From assembly GCA_964432595.1 (NCBI GenBank), contig CAYSOF010000011.1:47757-111756 (forward strand): DNA of 64,000 nt, in the 5' to 3' direction. The translations under genes and the position numbers were made by a program. This DNA is from an uncultured Candidatus Binatia bacterium. GTDB lineage: Bacteria; Desulfobacterota; Binatia; DP-6. Under the pieces are notes generated by a model that was not told the origin of the DNA, did not search any database, and was given only the letters and a program-made list of their open reading frames with translations. Below are positions 54,397 through 64,000 of this stretch, piece after piece. Within the stretch, counting starts at the first letter, position 1. Each line of letters begins with the position of its first letter.

Positions 54397-56582
54397 CAGA
54401 GCTTCACCGTTCCGGACAGCGACGACACGTTGCCCGCGAGGTCCGTCGCCATGACGAGCACCTCGATGCTCGTCACACCGCTCGCGCGCAGCGCCGCCGT
54501 GGCCTCGGGCGTGAAGACCGCCGTCCAGTCCTTGCCCTTCACCGCGGACGCCAGCAGCACGCCGCCGACGCTCACGTCGAGCTTGTCGATGCCGCTCTTG
54601 TCCTGCACGGCGCCCTGCAGCGAGTAGACCTCCTTCTTGCCGCCCTTGATCGTCTTGTTGATCGTCAGCACCGGTGGGACGTCGTCCTGCTTGGCCCAGC
54701 GCCGCATGCGGCGCACCTGCCAGTCGAAGACCTCGCCCTCGAGCGGCGGGGCGAGCGGCGGCGGGTAGCGGTGATGCGTCGCCGCCTCGTACGCGGCGGC
54801 GATCGCGAGGACGTTCTTGTCGTCGAACAGACGGCCGCCGAAGTTCATCGTCAACGGCTCGCGCCGCTCGGCGTCGTACTCGAGGACACCCATCGGCACC
54901 GTCACGTTCGGCGTGTACATGAAGTTCACGATGTCGCGGCCGATGATCGAGCCGCTCGTCGGTCCCTTGTTCGCCCAGACCGGCCACGCGATCGCGTCGA
55001 GGCCCTCCGCGTCCATCCAGTCCTCGAGCGCGTTCTTCTGCTCGCCGCGCGCGGTGTAGTGCTCGATGCCCTCGGGCGATCCGAACGGGATCAGCGTACC
55101 GTCGCTGTAGGCGCCGGTCACCGGGTCGACGTTGTACATCGCGGCGCGGACGTTCGCGCTGATCTGGTTCACGAGCGACGCCGTCGCGAGGACTTTCGCG
55201 GCGAGCGTCTGGTAGTCGTCGCCGGGCTGCTTCACGATCGATTCGATCAGGCTCCGGTACGAGTACGCCGCGACGCGGTTGTTGTTCGGGCTGACGAGGA
55301 GCTGCGTCACCGGCGCGTCGGGCCCGCGGTCGTAGGTCGTGCTCACCTGCGGCGGCAGGAAGACGTACTCGACGGTCGCGCCGGCCGCTTCCATGTCCAC
55401 CTTGGCCTGCTCGACGAGCGCGAAGGTGGCCGGCGTCGTCGTCGCCACGTTCGTCGTGTTGCCGGTGGCGCCCTCGCCTGGATTCGGATGCGTCAGGCCG
55501 ACGTAGGTGCCGATGATGCCGATCTTCTTCCCCTGCAGCGTCGCCGTCTGGAGCGTCTCGGCGAAGCCGCTCTCCGGCACCGGCCGCCGGTCTTCGAGGA
55601 TCGGGAGGATGGGCGCCCAGATGTCCTCCGGATCCTTCGTGCCCACCACGTCACGAATCAGCGCGTTGTCGACCGCGCTGCGGGTCATCGGCCCGATGAC
55701 GTCGCGCTCGGGGACCAGCGGGATGATCTTGCTCACCGCGATCGACCCGCCGCTCACCTTGTAGGCGACGAGCGCGCTGCGGTCGCCGGGGTTGCGGATC
55801 GAGCCGCCGGTCTCGCCGCCGAACGTGAAGTTCGTCAGATAGGCGCCGCTCGACACACCGGAGCCGCCGCTGCTGCCGCCCGGCAGCGCACCCGTCAGGT
55901 AGCAGCTGCGCACCGCCCCCTTCACCTGCGAGTTCGAGTTCGTCGCCGAGTTCGCCCACGTGTCCATGTTCGCGTGGCCCATCACGACGCCGCCCGCCTG
56001 GCGCAGCTTCGTGATGACGTAGGAGTCGTTCGGCGTGACGAGGTCCTTCCAGCCGTTGTGCCCGCCCGTGATGGGCATGTCGGCGATCGAGAACGAGCCT
56101 TTCACCAGAAACGGCACGCCGTGCAGCGGCCCGAGCACGACGCCCTTCTTCCGCAGGCGGTCGGCATCGGCCGCGTCCTCGAGCAGATCGGGGCTGATCG
56201 CCAGCACCGCGTTCAGCGGGTTCGTCGGCGACACCGGGCTCGTCTCGTTGTACGCCTGGATGCGCCGCAGATAGAGGTTCACGAGCTCGACCGACGTCAA
56301 GCCGTTCGAGTTCATCGCGGTCGTGATCTCGCCGATGGTCGCCTCGCCGAGGTCGAACGTCCTGTCGGGATCACGGGGCGGGCGCGGCGGACGCGGATCG
56401 CGCGGCGGCCGCGGCGGACGGCCTTCGTCGGTCGGTTGCACGCTCGGCGTGTCGGGAGGCGTGCCGGTCTCGCCCGCGTTCTCCTGCGCGACGGCGATAC
56501 CCGTCGCGAGCGTGATGCTGAGTAGCGATGCTGCGACGACGGCACGTGTCCCACGAACCACTCTCGAACGGTGCACCCTCAT
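54396..56582 (-). CDS. secreted amidase (amidase-signature family)
   Basis: Signal peptide MRVHRSRVVRGTRAVVAASLLSITLATGIAVA with a GAGGAG RBS. Pro-rich linker. Amidase signature GGSSGGSGVSSGA. Confidence 0.85.
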   Translation of the reverse strand: MRVHRSRVVRGTRAVVAASLLSITLATGIAVAQENAGETGTPPDTPSVQPTDEGRPPRPPRDPRPPRPPRDPDRTFDLGEATIGEITTAMNSNGLTSVELVNLYLRRIQAYNETSPVSPTNPLNAVLAISPDLLEDAADADRLRKKGVVLGPLHGVPFLVKGSFSIADMPITGGHNGWKDLVTPNDSYVITKLRQAGGVVMGHANMDTWANSATNSNSQVKGAVRSCYLTGALPGGSSGGSGVSSGAYLTNFTFGGETGGSIRNPGDRSALVAYKVSGGSIAVSKIIPLVPERDVIGPMTRSAVDNALIRDVVGTKDPEDIWAPILPILEDRRPVPESGFAETLQTATLQGKKIGIIGTYVGLTHPNPGEGATGNTTNVATTTPATFALVEQAKVDMEAAGATVEYVFLPPQVSTTYDRGPDAPVTQLLVSPNNNRVAAYSYRSLIESIVKQPGDDYQTLAAKVLATASLVNQISANVRAAMYNVDPVTGAYSDGTLIPFGSPEGIEHYTARGEQKNALEDWMDAEGLDAIAWPVWANKGPTSGSIIGRDIVNFMYTPNVTVPMGVLEYDAERREPLTMNFGGRLFDDKNVLAIAAAYEAATHHRYPPPLAPPLEGEVFDWQVRRMRRWAKQDDVPPVLTINKTIKGGKKEVYSLQGAVQDKSGIDKLDVSVGGVLLASAVKGKDWTAVFTPEATAALRASGVTSIEVLVMATDLAGNVSSLSGTVKL

Positions 56583-56962
56583 GTCGTTCTCCTCTCGGCA
56601 GCGGCGTCCCCGAGCGGACGCCGCGTTCGCCGCGACGCAGTGCAAGGCACGCGCCATGAGACGCGCCATGAACGGACGGGTGCCGCCCCGTGCGCATCGC
56701 CGCACCGCCGTGGCGACGGGCAGCGCGCTGCGTAGGACGCGGGCAACGCGCACGTGCGGCGGTCACGATGTGACCGGGTGCGATCCGCGCGCCGTCAGCA
56801 CGCGTCGCATGACGCGCGTCGATCGTGCCGCGCGCGCTGAAAGACGGCCGCTACGGGACCGTGTCGCCGACGGCCGTCCACGGGGTCGGCGACGACGCGG
56901 CGTCGCCGTCGAATCGGCGATCTCGATCCGACGTCAGCGGCGCGAGCGCGCGCCGCCCACCG

Positions 56963-58384
56963 TCACTGCGCCGCGTTCGTGAGATCCATCTCCCAGTAGA
57001 GGAAGTTGGTCGTCTGGTCGAAGATCTCCGTCTTGTGCGCGACGTAGGGCACGTGGCCCGCCCCCGCCCAGGTGGTCAGGAACGAGTCGAGACCGGCGGC
57101 CGTCGCCGCGTTGACCGTACCCACGGCCCACGAGTACGGCACGACGAAGTCCGACGTGCCGTGGAAGAGCAGGCTCGGCGCGTCGCCGGCGTTGACCGCC
57201 GGTCCGATCCGGGCGCCCGAGAGCGACACGGCCGCGGCCACCGACGCGGCCGCGTTCTCGGCCGAGGCGAACCCGACGTTCAGCGCCGTGATCGCCCCCG
57301 CGGACGTGCCGGAGATGGCGATCCGCGTCGTGTCGATGCCGTACGTCGCGGCGTTGGCGCGGAGGTACTGGACGGCGGTCTGCGCGTCCTGCTGCGCCTC
57401 GGTGATCGCCGTGATGCAGAGCGGGGTCACGCCGCCGGCCGAGCAGCCGGGCGGCTCCAGGCGATACGAGATCGAGACGTTCAGGTAGCCCTTGCGCGCG
57501 AACAGCATCGCCTGCTCGACCAGCTCGGGCGACGTCTTGCTGCCGGTCGCGAACGAGCCGCCGTGCACCCAGACGATCGCGGGCCGCTCGGTCTCGGGGT
57601 CGCCGATCGGCTGGTAGACGTCCATCAGCAGCGTGACCGTCTGCCCCGACGCATTCACCGCGCTGCCGTACACGACGTTGCTCGTCACGCTGGAGCCGCC
57701 GAAGACCAGATCGCGGTAGCGGAGCGGCGCCGGGCCCGGCGGTACGCGGAACGGAATCGGCGGCAGCGTGGTCGTCGTGGTGGACGTCGAGGTGGTCGTC
57801 GTGGTGGGCGCGATGCAGGAGCCCTGCAGCGTGGGCTTCGCGATCTTGAAGTAGGTGTCGCCGGTCGTCGTCACCCGGCCGTCCGCGAAGAGCACGCTGT
57901 ACGAATCGCCCCCGGCGATGGTGAGCAGCGCGCAGCCGGCGCCCGGTCCCGGCGGCACCAGCGAGACCGCGCCGAGCCGCCCGTCGATCGCGATCTTGAT
58001 CTGGAACGTCCCGCCCTTGCTCTTGAGCTCGGCGCTCTTGACCGGGCCGTTCTCGCCCTTCGCGTCGCGGTACTTGAAGCCCTTCACGGCGTCGCCCGTC
58101 CAGAACGGCTTGCCGCTCGTGGCGCTGTTGCCCGCCGGCAGCGCGTAGACGTCTTCGCTCGACGTCACGCCGTCGAGCGTGACCGTGAGCGATGCGCCGT
58201 TGGCGACCGGATCGCCGACGAGCGTGGCGTCGGTGGCGGTCTCCTTCGCCTTGATCGAGACGGCCCGACGGTCGGGCGGGCCCGGATTCTTCACCGTCAG
58301 GTCCTTGCCGAGCACCGTCTGGTCGGCCGCATGGACCGGCGACACGGCCAGCGAGAGCGCGAGGGCGAGCAGCAGGCGACGCAT
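56963..58384 (-). CDS. secreted alpha/beta-hydrolase esterase/lipase with N-terminal recurrent beta-domain
   Basis: Signal peptide MRRLLLALALSLAVSPVHA with a GGGAGG RBS. HGG oxyanion motif (IVWVHGGSFATGS). GxSxG (ISGTSAGA). N-terminal domain contains the KGFKYRD...GGTFQIKIAIDG motif. Confidence 0.75.
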   Translation of the reverse strand: MRRLLLALALSLAVSPVHAADQTVLGKDLTVKNPGPPDRRAVSIKAKETATDATLVGDPVANGASLTVTLDGVTSSEDVYALPAGNSATSGKPFWTGDAVKGFKYRDAKGENGPVKSAELKSKGGTFQIKIAIDGRLGAVSLVPPGPGAGCALLTIAGGDSYSVLFADGRVTTTGDTYFKIAKPTLQGSCIAPTTTTTSTSTTTTTLPPIPFRVPPGPAPLRYRDLVFGGSSVTSNVVYGSAVNASGQTVTLLMDVYQPIGDPETERPAIVWVHGGSFATGSKTSPELVEQAMLFARKGYLNVSISYRLEPPGCSAGGVTPLCITAITEAQQDAQTAVQYLRANAATYGIDTTRIAISGTSAGAITALNVGFASAENAAASVAAAVSLSGARIGPAVNAGDAPSLLFHGTSDFVVPYSWAVGTVNAATAAGLDSFLTTWAGAGHVPYVAHKTEIFDQTTNFLYWEMDLTNAAQ

Positions 58385-58523
58385 CAGGGAACCTCCCATG
58401 GGACCTCCGTCGGAACAGGGCTGGAACGCGGCGGGCGGCGAGACCCTACCATTGCGCCTGGTACCCGGGTCAATGGTGTTTCGCCGGTCTTCACCGCGCC
58501 CGGGTGCGCGCTATCGTCGTCGC

Positions 58524-58976
58524 ATGACCACCACCGCCGAACGCCTCGAGCGCTTCTTCGCCGACTACGAGGCCCGCACCAATCGCGCGCTCGCCGACCC
58601 CGACGACGTCGACCTCGACGCCACCGCCGCGGCGTTCGCCGAGTGGTTCGTGGCGGCCAGCCCCGCCGGCGTCGGTGGCGGGCGCAGCGGGGAGACGCTG
58701 CGCGACGCCATCCCGGTGGGCCTGGATCTCTATCGCCGGATCGGCACCACGGCGATGCAGGTCCGCTCGCTCGAGACGACCGAGATCGACGCGCTGCACG
58801 CGATGTGCCGCGTCGGCTGGGAGGCGCGCTACGAGCGCAAGGACGGCCGCCGCCTCACCACGGCGTTCGACGTCGTCTACCTGCTCCAGCTGCGCGACAC
58901 CGGCCCCGTCATCTTCGCGTGGATCGCCGGCGACGAGCAGGCCCGCCATCGCGAGCTCGGGCTCACGCCGGAGTGA
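58524..58976 (+). CDS. hypothetical protein (150 aa)
   Basis: ATG start, ordinary composition (MTTTAERLERFFADYEARTNRALAD...). The upstream part of the listed ORF is shadow. Confidence 0.45.
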   Translation: MTTTAERLERFFADYEARTNRALADPDDVDLDATAAAFAEWFVAASPAGVGGGRSGETLRDAIPVGLDLYRRIGTTAMQVRSLETTEIDALHAMCRVGWEARYERKDGRRLTTAFDVVYLLQLRDTGPVIFAWIAGDEQARHRELGLTPE

Positions 58977-60099
58977 GCGCGCGGGCGGCGAGCCGATCGC
59001 CCAGCTGTGCCAGATGCACCCCGGCGCCGCCGAGGGTGAGCTCGATCTGTCGCGTCCGCCGGAAGTAGCGGAAGAGCGGATATTCGGTGTCGACGCCGAT
59101 GCCGCCATGCAGATGTTGCGCCGCGTGGGCGACGCGGAACCCGCCCTCCGCCGCCCAGAACTTGGCGGTGTCGAGCGCCTCGTCCGCGTCGAGACCCGCG
59201 CCGAGCCGCCACGCCGCCTGCCGAGCCGTCAGCGTCACGGCCTCGGTGTCGATGTAGGCGTCGGCCGCGCGCTGGGCGACCGCCTGGAACGTGGCGATCT
59301 TCTGGCCGAACTGCTCGCGCTCGGAGACGTGCGCCGCGGTCAGACGGAGCGCCTCGGCACAGACGCCCGCCTGCATGGCGCAGAGCCCCGCCGTGAGCCG
59401 GCGGACCGTCCACGCGACGATCTCCGCCCCGGCGCGCGCGGCGCCGAGCACGTCGTCGCCGGCGACCCGCACGCCGTCGAGGCGCACCGTCGACAGCAGC
59501 TCGCCCGCGGTGCTCTCGGCGCGCGTCACCTGCACGCCGCCCGCGCGCGGATCGACCAGGAAGACGGCGCACGCGTCGTCGGCGATCCGCGCCGGCACGA
59601 GCAGCAGGTCCGCGGCGTGCGCCGCGGGCACGAGCCGCTTCTCGCCGTCGAGCCGCCAGCCGTCCCCGTCACGTCGCGCGGTCGTCGCGGGCAGGAGCGC
59701 GGCGAGCTCGTTCCCCTCCTCGACGAGCGCCGGCGCGAGCAGCAGCGAGCCGTCGCAGACCGCCGGCAGGATGCGCCGGCGCTGCGCCGGCGTGCCGAAC
59801 GCGTCGATCGGCATGGCCGCCCCGACCACCGTCGCCAGGTACGGGAGCGGCGCGACGGTGCGTCCGATCTGCTCGAGCACGAGGCAGGCCTCGACGATCC
59901 CGAGGCCGGTGCCGCCGACGTCCTCGGCGAGCGGGACGCCGAGCAGCCCGGCCTCGGCGAGCCGCGTCCATTCGTCGCGCGCGATGCGGTCGTCGGTGGC
60001 GTCGATGGCGCGCAGCCGCTCGCGCGTCAGCGACTCGCGCAGGATCTGGAGCGCCAGGTCGGCGATGGCGCGCTGGTTTTCGTCGAGCTCGAGGTCCAT
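58963..60099 (-). CDS. acyl-CoA dehydrogenase family protein
   Basis: ACAD-like N-terminus MDLELDENQRAIADLALQIL and a C-terminal helical domain. Paired with the adjacent ACAD. Confidence 0.8.
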   Translation of the reverse strand: MDLELDENQRAIADLALQILRESLTRERLRAIDATDDRIARDEWTRLAEAGLLGVPLAEDVGGTGLGIVEACLVLEQIGRTVAPLPYLATVVGAAMPIDAFGTPAQRRRILPAVCDGSLLLAPALVEEGNELAALLPATTARRDGDGWRLDGEKRLVPAAHAADLLLVPARIADDACAVFLVDPRAGGVQVTRAESTAGELLSTVRLDGVRVAGDDVLGAARAGAEIVAWTVRRLTAGLCAMQAGVCAEALRLTAAHVSEREQFGQKIATFQAVAQRAADAYIDTEAVTLTARQAAWRLGAGLDADEALDTAKFWAAEGGFRVAHAAQHLHGGIGVDTEYPLFRYFRRTRQIELTLGGAGVHLAQLGDRLAARALTPA

Positions 60100-60106
60100 C
60101 GCATCC

Positions 60107-61273
60107 TCAGTGGCGCGGGATGCGCGGCATCCCGAGGCCGAAGAGCGCGATCAGGTCGCGCTGCACTTCGTTCGTGCCGCCCCCGAAGGTGAGGAACAGC
60201 GTGCCCTGGTACGCGCGCTCGAGACGGCCGCGCAGCGGCGCGTCGTCCGTGCCGCGCAACGCACCGCGCGAGCCGAACACCTCGAGCAGGAGCCGGTAGG
60301 CCTCGCAGAAGAACTCGGTGCCGAACACCTTGGTGGCGCTCGAGTCGGCCGGATTCGCCGCCGTGCTCGTGACGGCCTTCCAGTTCATGAGCTTCAGGAA
60401 CTCGAGCCGCGCATGGACCCGCGCCAGGTTGAGCCGTACCCAGTCCTGGTCGATGACGCGGCGGCCGTCGGCGAGCCGCGTCTCGGCGGCCCAGCGCATG
60501 GTGTCCTCGTAGACCTTCTCGACCATGCCCGGCGGCGCGATCGCGACCCGCTCGTAGTTCAGCTGGTTCGTGATCAGCTTCCAGCCCTTGTTGAGCTCGC
60601 CGATCAGCGCCGAGCCGGGCACGCGCACGTTGTCGTAGAAGGTGTTCGTCGTGCCCGACTCCACGAGCGTATGGATGATCGAGTACGAGAAGCCCGGGGT
60701 GGACGTCGGCACCGCGAAGATCGAGATGCCCTTGTGCTTCGGCGCGTCGGGATCGGTCCGCGCCGCGAGCCAGATGTAGTCGGCATAGCCCGCCAGGCTC
60801 GTGTAGATCTTCTGGCCGGTGATGAGCCAGTCGTCGCCGTCGCGGACGGCGCGCGTCCGCAGCGACGCCAGGTCCGTTCCCGACTGCGGCTCGGTGTAGC
60901 CGACCGCGAAGTGCAGCTCGCCGCGCAGGATGCGGGGCAGGAAGAAGCGCTTCTGCTCCTCGCTGCCGAAGGCCATGATCGTCTGCGCGATCGCGTTGAT
61001 CGTCAGCGCCGGGATGGGCGCCATCGCGCGCCACGACTCGTCGTAGAAGACGAACTGCTCGGCGTGGCTGCGGCCCTGCCCGCCGTACTCCGTCGGCCAC
61101 CCGATCCCGAGCCATCCGTCGCGGCCCATCTGGCGGACCGCCTCGAGGCAATGCGGCCCGCCGGTGTCACCGCGGGCGACCTCGGCCTGGACCTCGGGGG
61201 TCATGATCTTCGCGAAGTAGGCGCGCAGCTCGGAGCGCAGCGCCTCCTGTTCCGGCGTGTAGGCGACGTACAT
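60107..61273 (-). CDS. acyl-CoA dehydrogenase
   Basis: 388 aa. ACAD middle and C-terminal domains (GTDLASLRTRAVRDGDDWLITGQKIYTS, QGTLFLTFGGGTNEVQRDLIA). Confidence 0.85.
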   Translation of the reverse strand: MYVAYTPEQEALRSELRAYFAKIMTPEVQAEVARGDTGGPHCLEAVRQMGRDGWLGIGWPTEYGGQGRSHAEQFVFYDESWRAMAPIPALTINAIAQTIMAFGSEEQKRFFLPRILRGELHFAVGYTEPQSGTDLASLRTRAVRDGDDWLITGQKIYTSLAGYADYIWLAARTDPDAPKHKGISIFAVPTSTPGFSYSIIHTLVESGTTNTFYDNVRVPGSALIGELNKGWKLITNQLNYERVAIAPPGMVEKVYEDTMRWAAETRLADGRRVIDQDWVRLNLARVHARLEFLKLMNWKAVTSTAANPADSSATKVFGTEFFCEAYRLLLEVFGSRGALRGTDDAPLRGRLERAYQGTLFLTFGGGTNEVQRDLIALFGLGMPRIPRH

Positions 61274-61377
61274 GGCGAACGGCGACGGACCTTGCCGCGC
61301 CGACACCCTCGCCGTCAAACGTCGGGCCTGGGGGACCCGCGCGGGCCGCCGTGCTGCGGCGGCCCGCGCCCGGGTGG

Positions 61378-62700
61378 TCACTCCTCGTAGTCGTGCAGCT
61401 GCACGGCGATCCGGCCGACGTCGGACGGGATGCGCCGGATGTTCAGCGTGCGGGTCTTCGCGTCGTCGCCGCGCGGGACCGTGACGATGGGCAGCGTCTC
61501 GGGGCCGACCGGAATGAACAGGTCGGCGCCCGTCAGGAAGGCGACGGGACCGAACGGCGGCGGGATCGTCTGCAGGTTCGTCACGAAGTCGAGCCCGACG
61601 TCGAGGAGGAACATCGCGACCGACGCCGTGCCCACCGTGCCCGACGGCGCCGTGACCGGATTGATGACGTCGATGCCGTCGACCGACAGCACGTCGTTCT
61701 CGGCGCCGCGGTCGCCCCAGTACTCCTTGTAACGGATGACGGACAGCCCGGTGTGCTGCGCGCTGCGCGAGAAGAAGGGCTCGAGCAGCGGCGCCGCGTT
61801 GATGCGCAGCAACTGGTCGCTGCGCGGGAAGCGCTCGAAGAAGTAGTGCAGCGGCAGCTGCCCCGGCAGCGTCAGCACGAACTCGTAGTGCCGCTTCTGC
61901 CGGCCCGTGAACGAGAACGCGCCGTCCGGCCCGAGGACGAACGACGCCCGCGGCTTGCGGCCGTATCGCTTCCCCGTCTTGGGCTGGACCCGCCAGATCT
62001 CCAGGGTGGCACCGTTCGCCCCCAGGTTGTCGGGGAAGATGACGGCGCGGCCCGAGAGCTCGATCGTCCCGCCGGTCGGCACGATCGTCGGCTCCTCCGG
62101 CTCCTCGCCGGTGAGGAAGCGGAACATCTCGCGGAACGCCTCCTTCGACGTCGCCACCTCGACGTGCTCCTGGTTCGGAATGGTGACGTTCGTGGCGCCG
62201 ACGATCTGCGGCGGCTGCGGCCGGTTCACCGCGCCCGCCCAGAGCGCCAGGGTCGGCACGCCGCCGGGCGGCGCGCCGGCGGTACGGCCGTCGATGTTGA
62301 CGTAGTGCGCGACCTTCGCGGCGCGGGCCGGATCCGCCAGGTACCCGTGGCTGAACGCGGTGCCGAGGGAATGACCCATCAGATCGACCTGCGCGTGGCC
62401 CGTCGCCGCCTGCAGCTCGGCGATGCGGGCGTCGATCTGCCCGTAGACGAACGCGGCGTCGGCCGAGTTGGCCGGGCTCAGCCCGGCCGAGTTGTACTCG
62501 ACGACCGTCAGGACGTCGGGATCGTAACCGTTGCTGGCGAAGCGCATCGCCTGCGTGGCGAACTGCGCGCCCGAGCCGGACCCGCCGTGCACGAAGATGA
62601 TGGGCGTGGCATCGCGGTACACCGGCTTCTTCTTCGCGTCCGCGCCGGCGACGAGTGCGACGATGGCGAGCGGGACGACCGTCCAGACGAGCCTCTGCAT
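61378..62700 (-). CDS. secreted lipase-like alpha/beta hydrolase
   Basis: Signal peptide MQRLVWTVVPLAIVALVAGADA. IIFVHGGSGSGAQF. Lipase pentapeptide LMGHSLGT. Confidence 0.75.
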   Translation of the reverse strand: MQRLVWTVVPLAIVALVAGADAKKKPVYRDATPIIFVHGGSGSGAQFATQAMRFASNGYDPDVLTVVEYNSAGLSPANSADAAFVYGQIDARIAELQAATGHAQVDLMGHSLGTAFSHGYLADPARAAKVAHYVNIDGRTAGAPPGGVPTLALWAGAVNRPQPPQIVGATNVTIPNQEHVEVATSKEAFREMFRFLTGEEPEEPTIVPTGGTIELSGRAVIFPDNLGANGATLEIWRVQPKTGKRYGRKPRASFVLGPDGAFSFTGRQKRHYEFVLTLPGQLPLHYFFERFPRSDQLLRINAAPLLEPFFSRSAQHTGLSVIRYKEYWGDRGAENDVLSVDGIDVINPVTAPSGTVGTASVAMFLLDVGLDFVTNLQTIPPPFGPVAFLTGADLFIPVGPETLPIVTVPRGDDAKTRTLNIRRIPSDVGRIAVQLHDYEE

Positions 62701-62796
62701 GTCGATCTCCTCCGCAGCCCATCAACAACGTGCCCTCGCGGCCGTCCAATACTTTCCCCTGGGCGGATTGAGACGTTCGGCGTATCAATCGCCCCG

Positions 62797-63702
62797 ATGG
62801 AGCTGCGTCATCTGCGCTACTTCGTGGCGGTCGCCGAAGAGCTGCACTTCAGCCGCGCCGCCGCCCGCCTGCACATCGCGCAGCCGCCGCTCAGCCAGCA
62901 GGTGCGTCACCTCGAGCACGAGCTCGGCGTCGCGCTGTTCACCCGCACGCGGCGCCGCGTAGAGCTCACCGCGGCCGGCCGCGCCTTCCTCGCCGAGGCG
63001 CGCGGGGTACTCGAGCAGGCCGAGCGCGCCACACGCATCGCGCGCCGGGCGGGCGGCGGCGAGATCGGGCACCTGTCCGTCGCCTTCGTGCCGTCGGCCG
63101 ACCTGGATCTGCTGCCGCGCGTCCTGCGCGTCTGGCGGCAGCGCTTTCCGGACGTCGAGCTGGAGCTTCAGGTGCTCTTCGCCGCCGCACAGATGGAGGC
63201 GCTGCTGGCCGGGCGCATCCAGGTGGGGCTCGTGCGCCTCCCCATAGCACCCCAGCGTGGCGTGATCGCCGAGCGCGTGCAGTCCGAGCCGCTCGTCGCC
63301 GCGCTGCCGCAACGCCACCGGCTCGCGCGGCGCCGGTCGGTCCGCCTGGCCGACCTCGGGGACGAGACGCTGCTCCTGTTCCCGCGCCACGTGGCGCCCG
63401 GCTACTACGACGTGCTGGTCGGGGCCTTTGAAGCCGCCGGCATCACGCCCCGGGTGTTCCACCCCGGCACCCTGCAGACGAACCTGGCGCTCGTCTCGGC
63501 CGGCCTCGGCGTCACGCTCCTGCCCGCCTCGATCCGGAACCTGCGCCGCACCGGGGTGGTCTACCGGCCGCTGGCGTCCGCGGCGCCCGAGGTCGAGCTG
63601 GCGGTCGTGTACCGCCACGACGAGCGATCACCGACCGTGCCCGCGTTCGTCGACCTCGTGCGCGCCGCGGCGCGCGGACGCATCAGGGTCCGACGGCCTT
63701 GA
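62797..63702 (+). CDS. LysR-family transcriptional regulator
   Basis: HTH MELRHLRYFVAVAEELHFSRAAARLHIAQPPLSQQVRHLEHELGVALF. Divergent from the lipase gene. Confidence 0.85.
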   Translation: MELRHLRYFVAVAEELHFSRAAARLHIAQPPLSQQVRHLEHELGVALFTRTRRRVELTAAGRAFLAEARGVLEQAERATRIARRAGGGEIGHLSVAFVPSADLDLLPRVLRVWRQRFPDVELELQVLFAAAQMEALLAGRIQVGLVRLPIAPQRGVIAERVQSEPLVAALPQRHRLARRRSVRLADLGDETLLLFPRHVAPGYYDVLVGAFEAAGITPRVFHPGTLQTNLALVSAGLGVTLLPASIRNLRRTGVVYRPLASAAPEVELAVVYRHDERSPTVPAFVDLVRAAARGRIRVRRP

Positions 63703-64000
63703 AGTCGTGCGGCGTGTTCGCGTCGAGATCGTCCTCGTCGAACTCGGTCTCCCAGCAGACGTCGTTGCCCGCGATCAGCTGTGCGCGGACGGGCATCTGC
63801 CCGAACGGCAGATCGGGACCACGCAGGTTCGCGCCCCGCCCCTTCACCGTGATCGCCGCCTTGCCGTCGACGCCGGCCGTCAGGTTGATGCTGCGGATGC
63901 CGTCGTGGGTCGCGGCGCCGTTCGTGTAGCTGAAGCCCTTGTTGCCTTTCGCCTTCCAGCACGGCTTCGCGCCGCAGGTGCCGCCCTCCGGGATGGCCGC
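63683..64000 (-). CDS. 3' end of a gene encoding the recurrent C-terminal beta-domain (5' part lies outside the window)
   Basis: Minus-strand frame read to the window edge gives ...GGTCGAKPCWKAKGNKGFSYTNGAATHDGIRSINLTAGVDGKAAITVKGRGANLRGPDLPFGQMPVRAQLIAGNDVCWETEFD...KAVGP*. This is clearly homologous to the C-terminus of the 36821-39544 protein. Confidence 0.5.
   Translation of the reverse strand, partial: AAIPEGGTCGAKPCWKAKGNKGFSYTNGAATHDGIRSINLTAGVDGKAAITVKGRGANLRGPDLPFGQMPVRAQLIAGNDVCWETEFDEDDLDANTPHDFKAVGP

Noticed and set aside
56825-61390. 747-aa, 505-aa and 699-aa plus-strand ORFs
   Set aside because: Antisense to the esterase and acyl-CoA dehydrogenase genes. Arg-rich translations.
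63561-63962. 133-aa minus and 76-aa plus ORFs at the window end
   Set aside because: Low-complexity translations. Replaced by the third-frame partial gene with clear homology to the 36821 protein C-terminus.

Overview
High-GC (~70%) bacterial chromosomal segment. The gene content fits a Myxococcota-like (deltaproteobacterial-type) genome: a delta-60 repeat protein, two tandem membrane-bound sigma-54 enhancer-binding proteins, many lipoprotein or secreted hydrolases, and TetR/LysR regulators. About 50 protein-coding genes are supported by ordinary amino-acid composition and recognisable motifs. Most of the long six-frame ORFs are Arg/Ala/Gly/Pro-rich shadow frames of these genes. I recognised no rRNA, tRNA, CRISPR array, transposase or integrase. 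Most notable: (1) a co-directional four-gene cluster at 28.2-34.2 kb (TLC-like nucleotide-transporter/HEAT-repeat fusion, a tandem cNMP-binding protein, a lipoprotein with a eukaryotic-like protein-kinase catalytic signature, and a second TLC-family transporter) immediately downstream of two paralogous sigma-54 activators. (2) A recurrent ~110-aa domain (KGFxYxD...GKAkI.vKGkG) present in five different secreted proteins. (3) A lower-GC pectin-acetylesterase/Notum-like gene next to an ankyrin-repeat lipoprotein. (4) A perfect 28-bp inverted-repeat element between convergent genes. (5) A frameshifted MOSC gene. (6) A TetR operator pair with identical 6-4-6 architecture. Coordinates were derived by indexing into the supplied ORF translations and spot-checked against the sequence; alternative start codons are noted where ambiguous.
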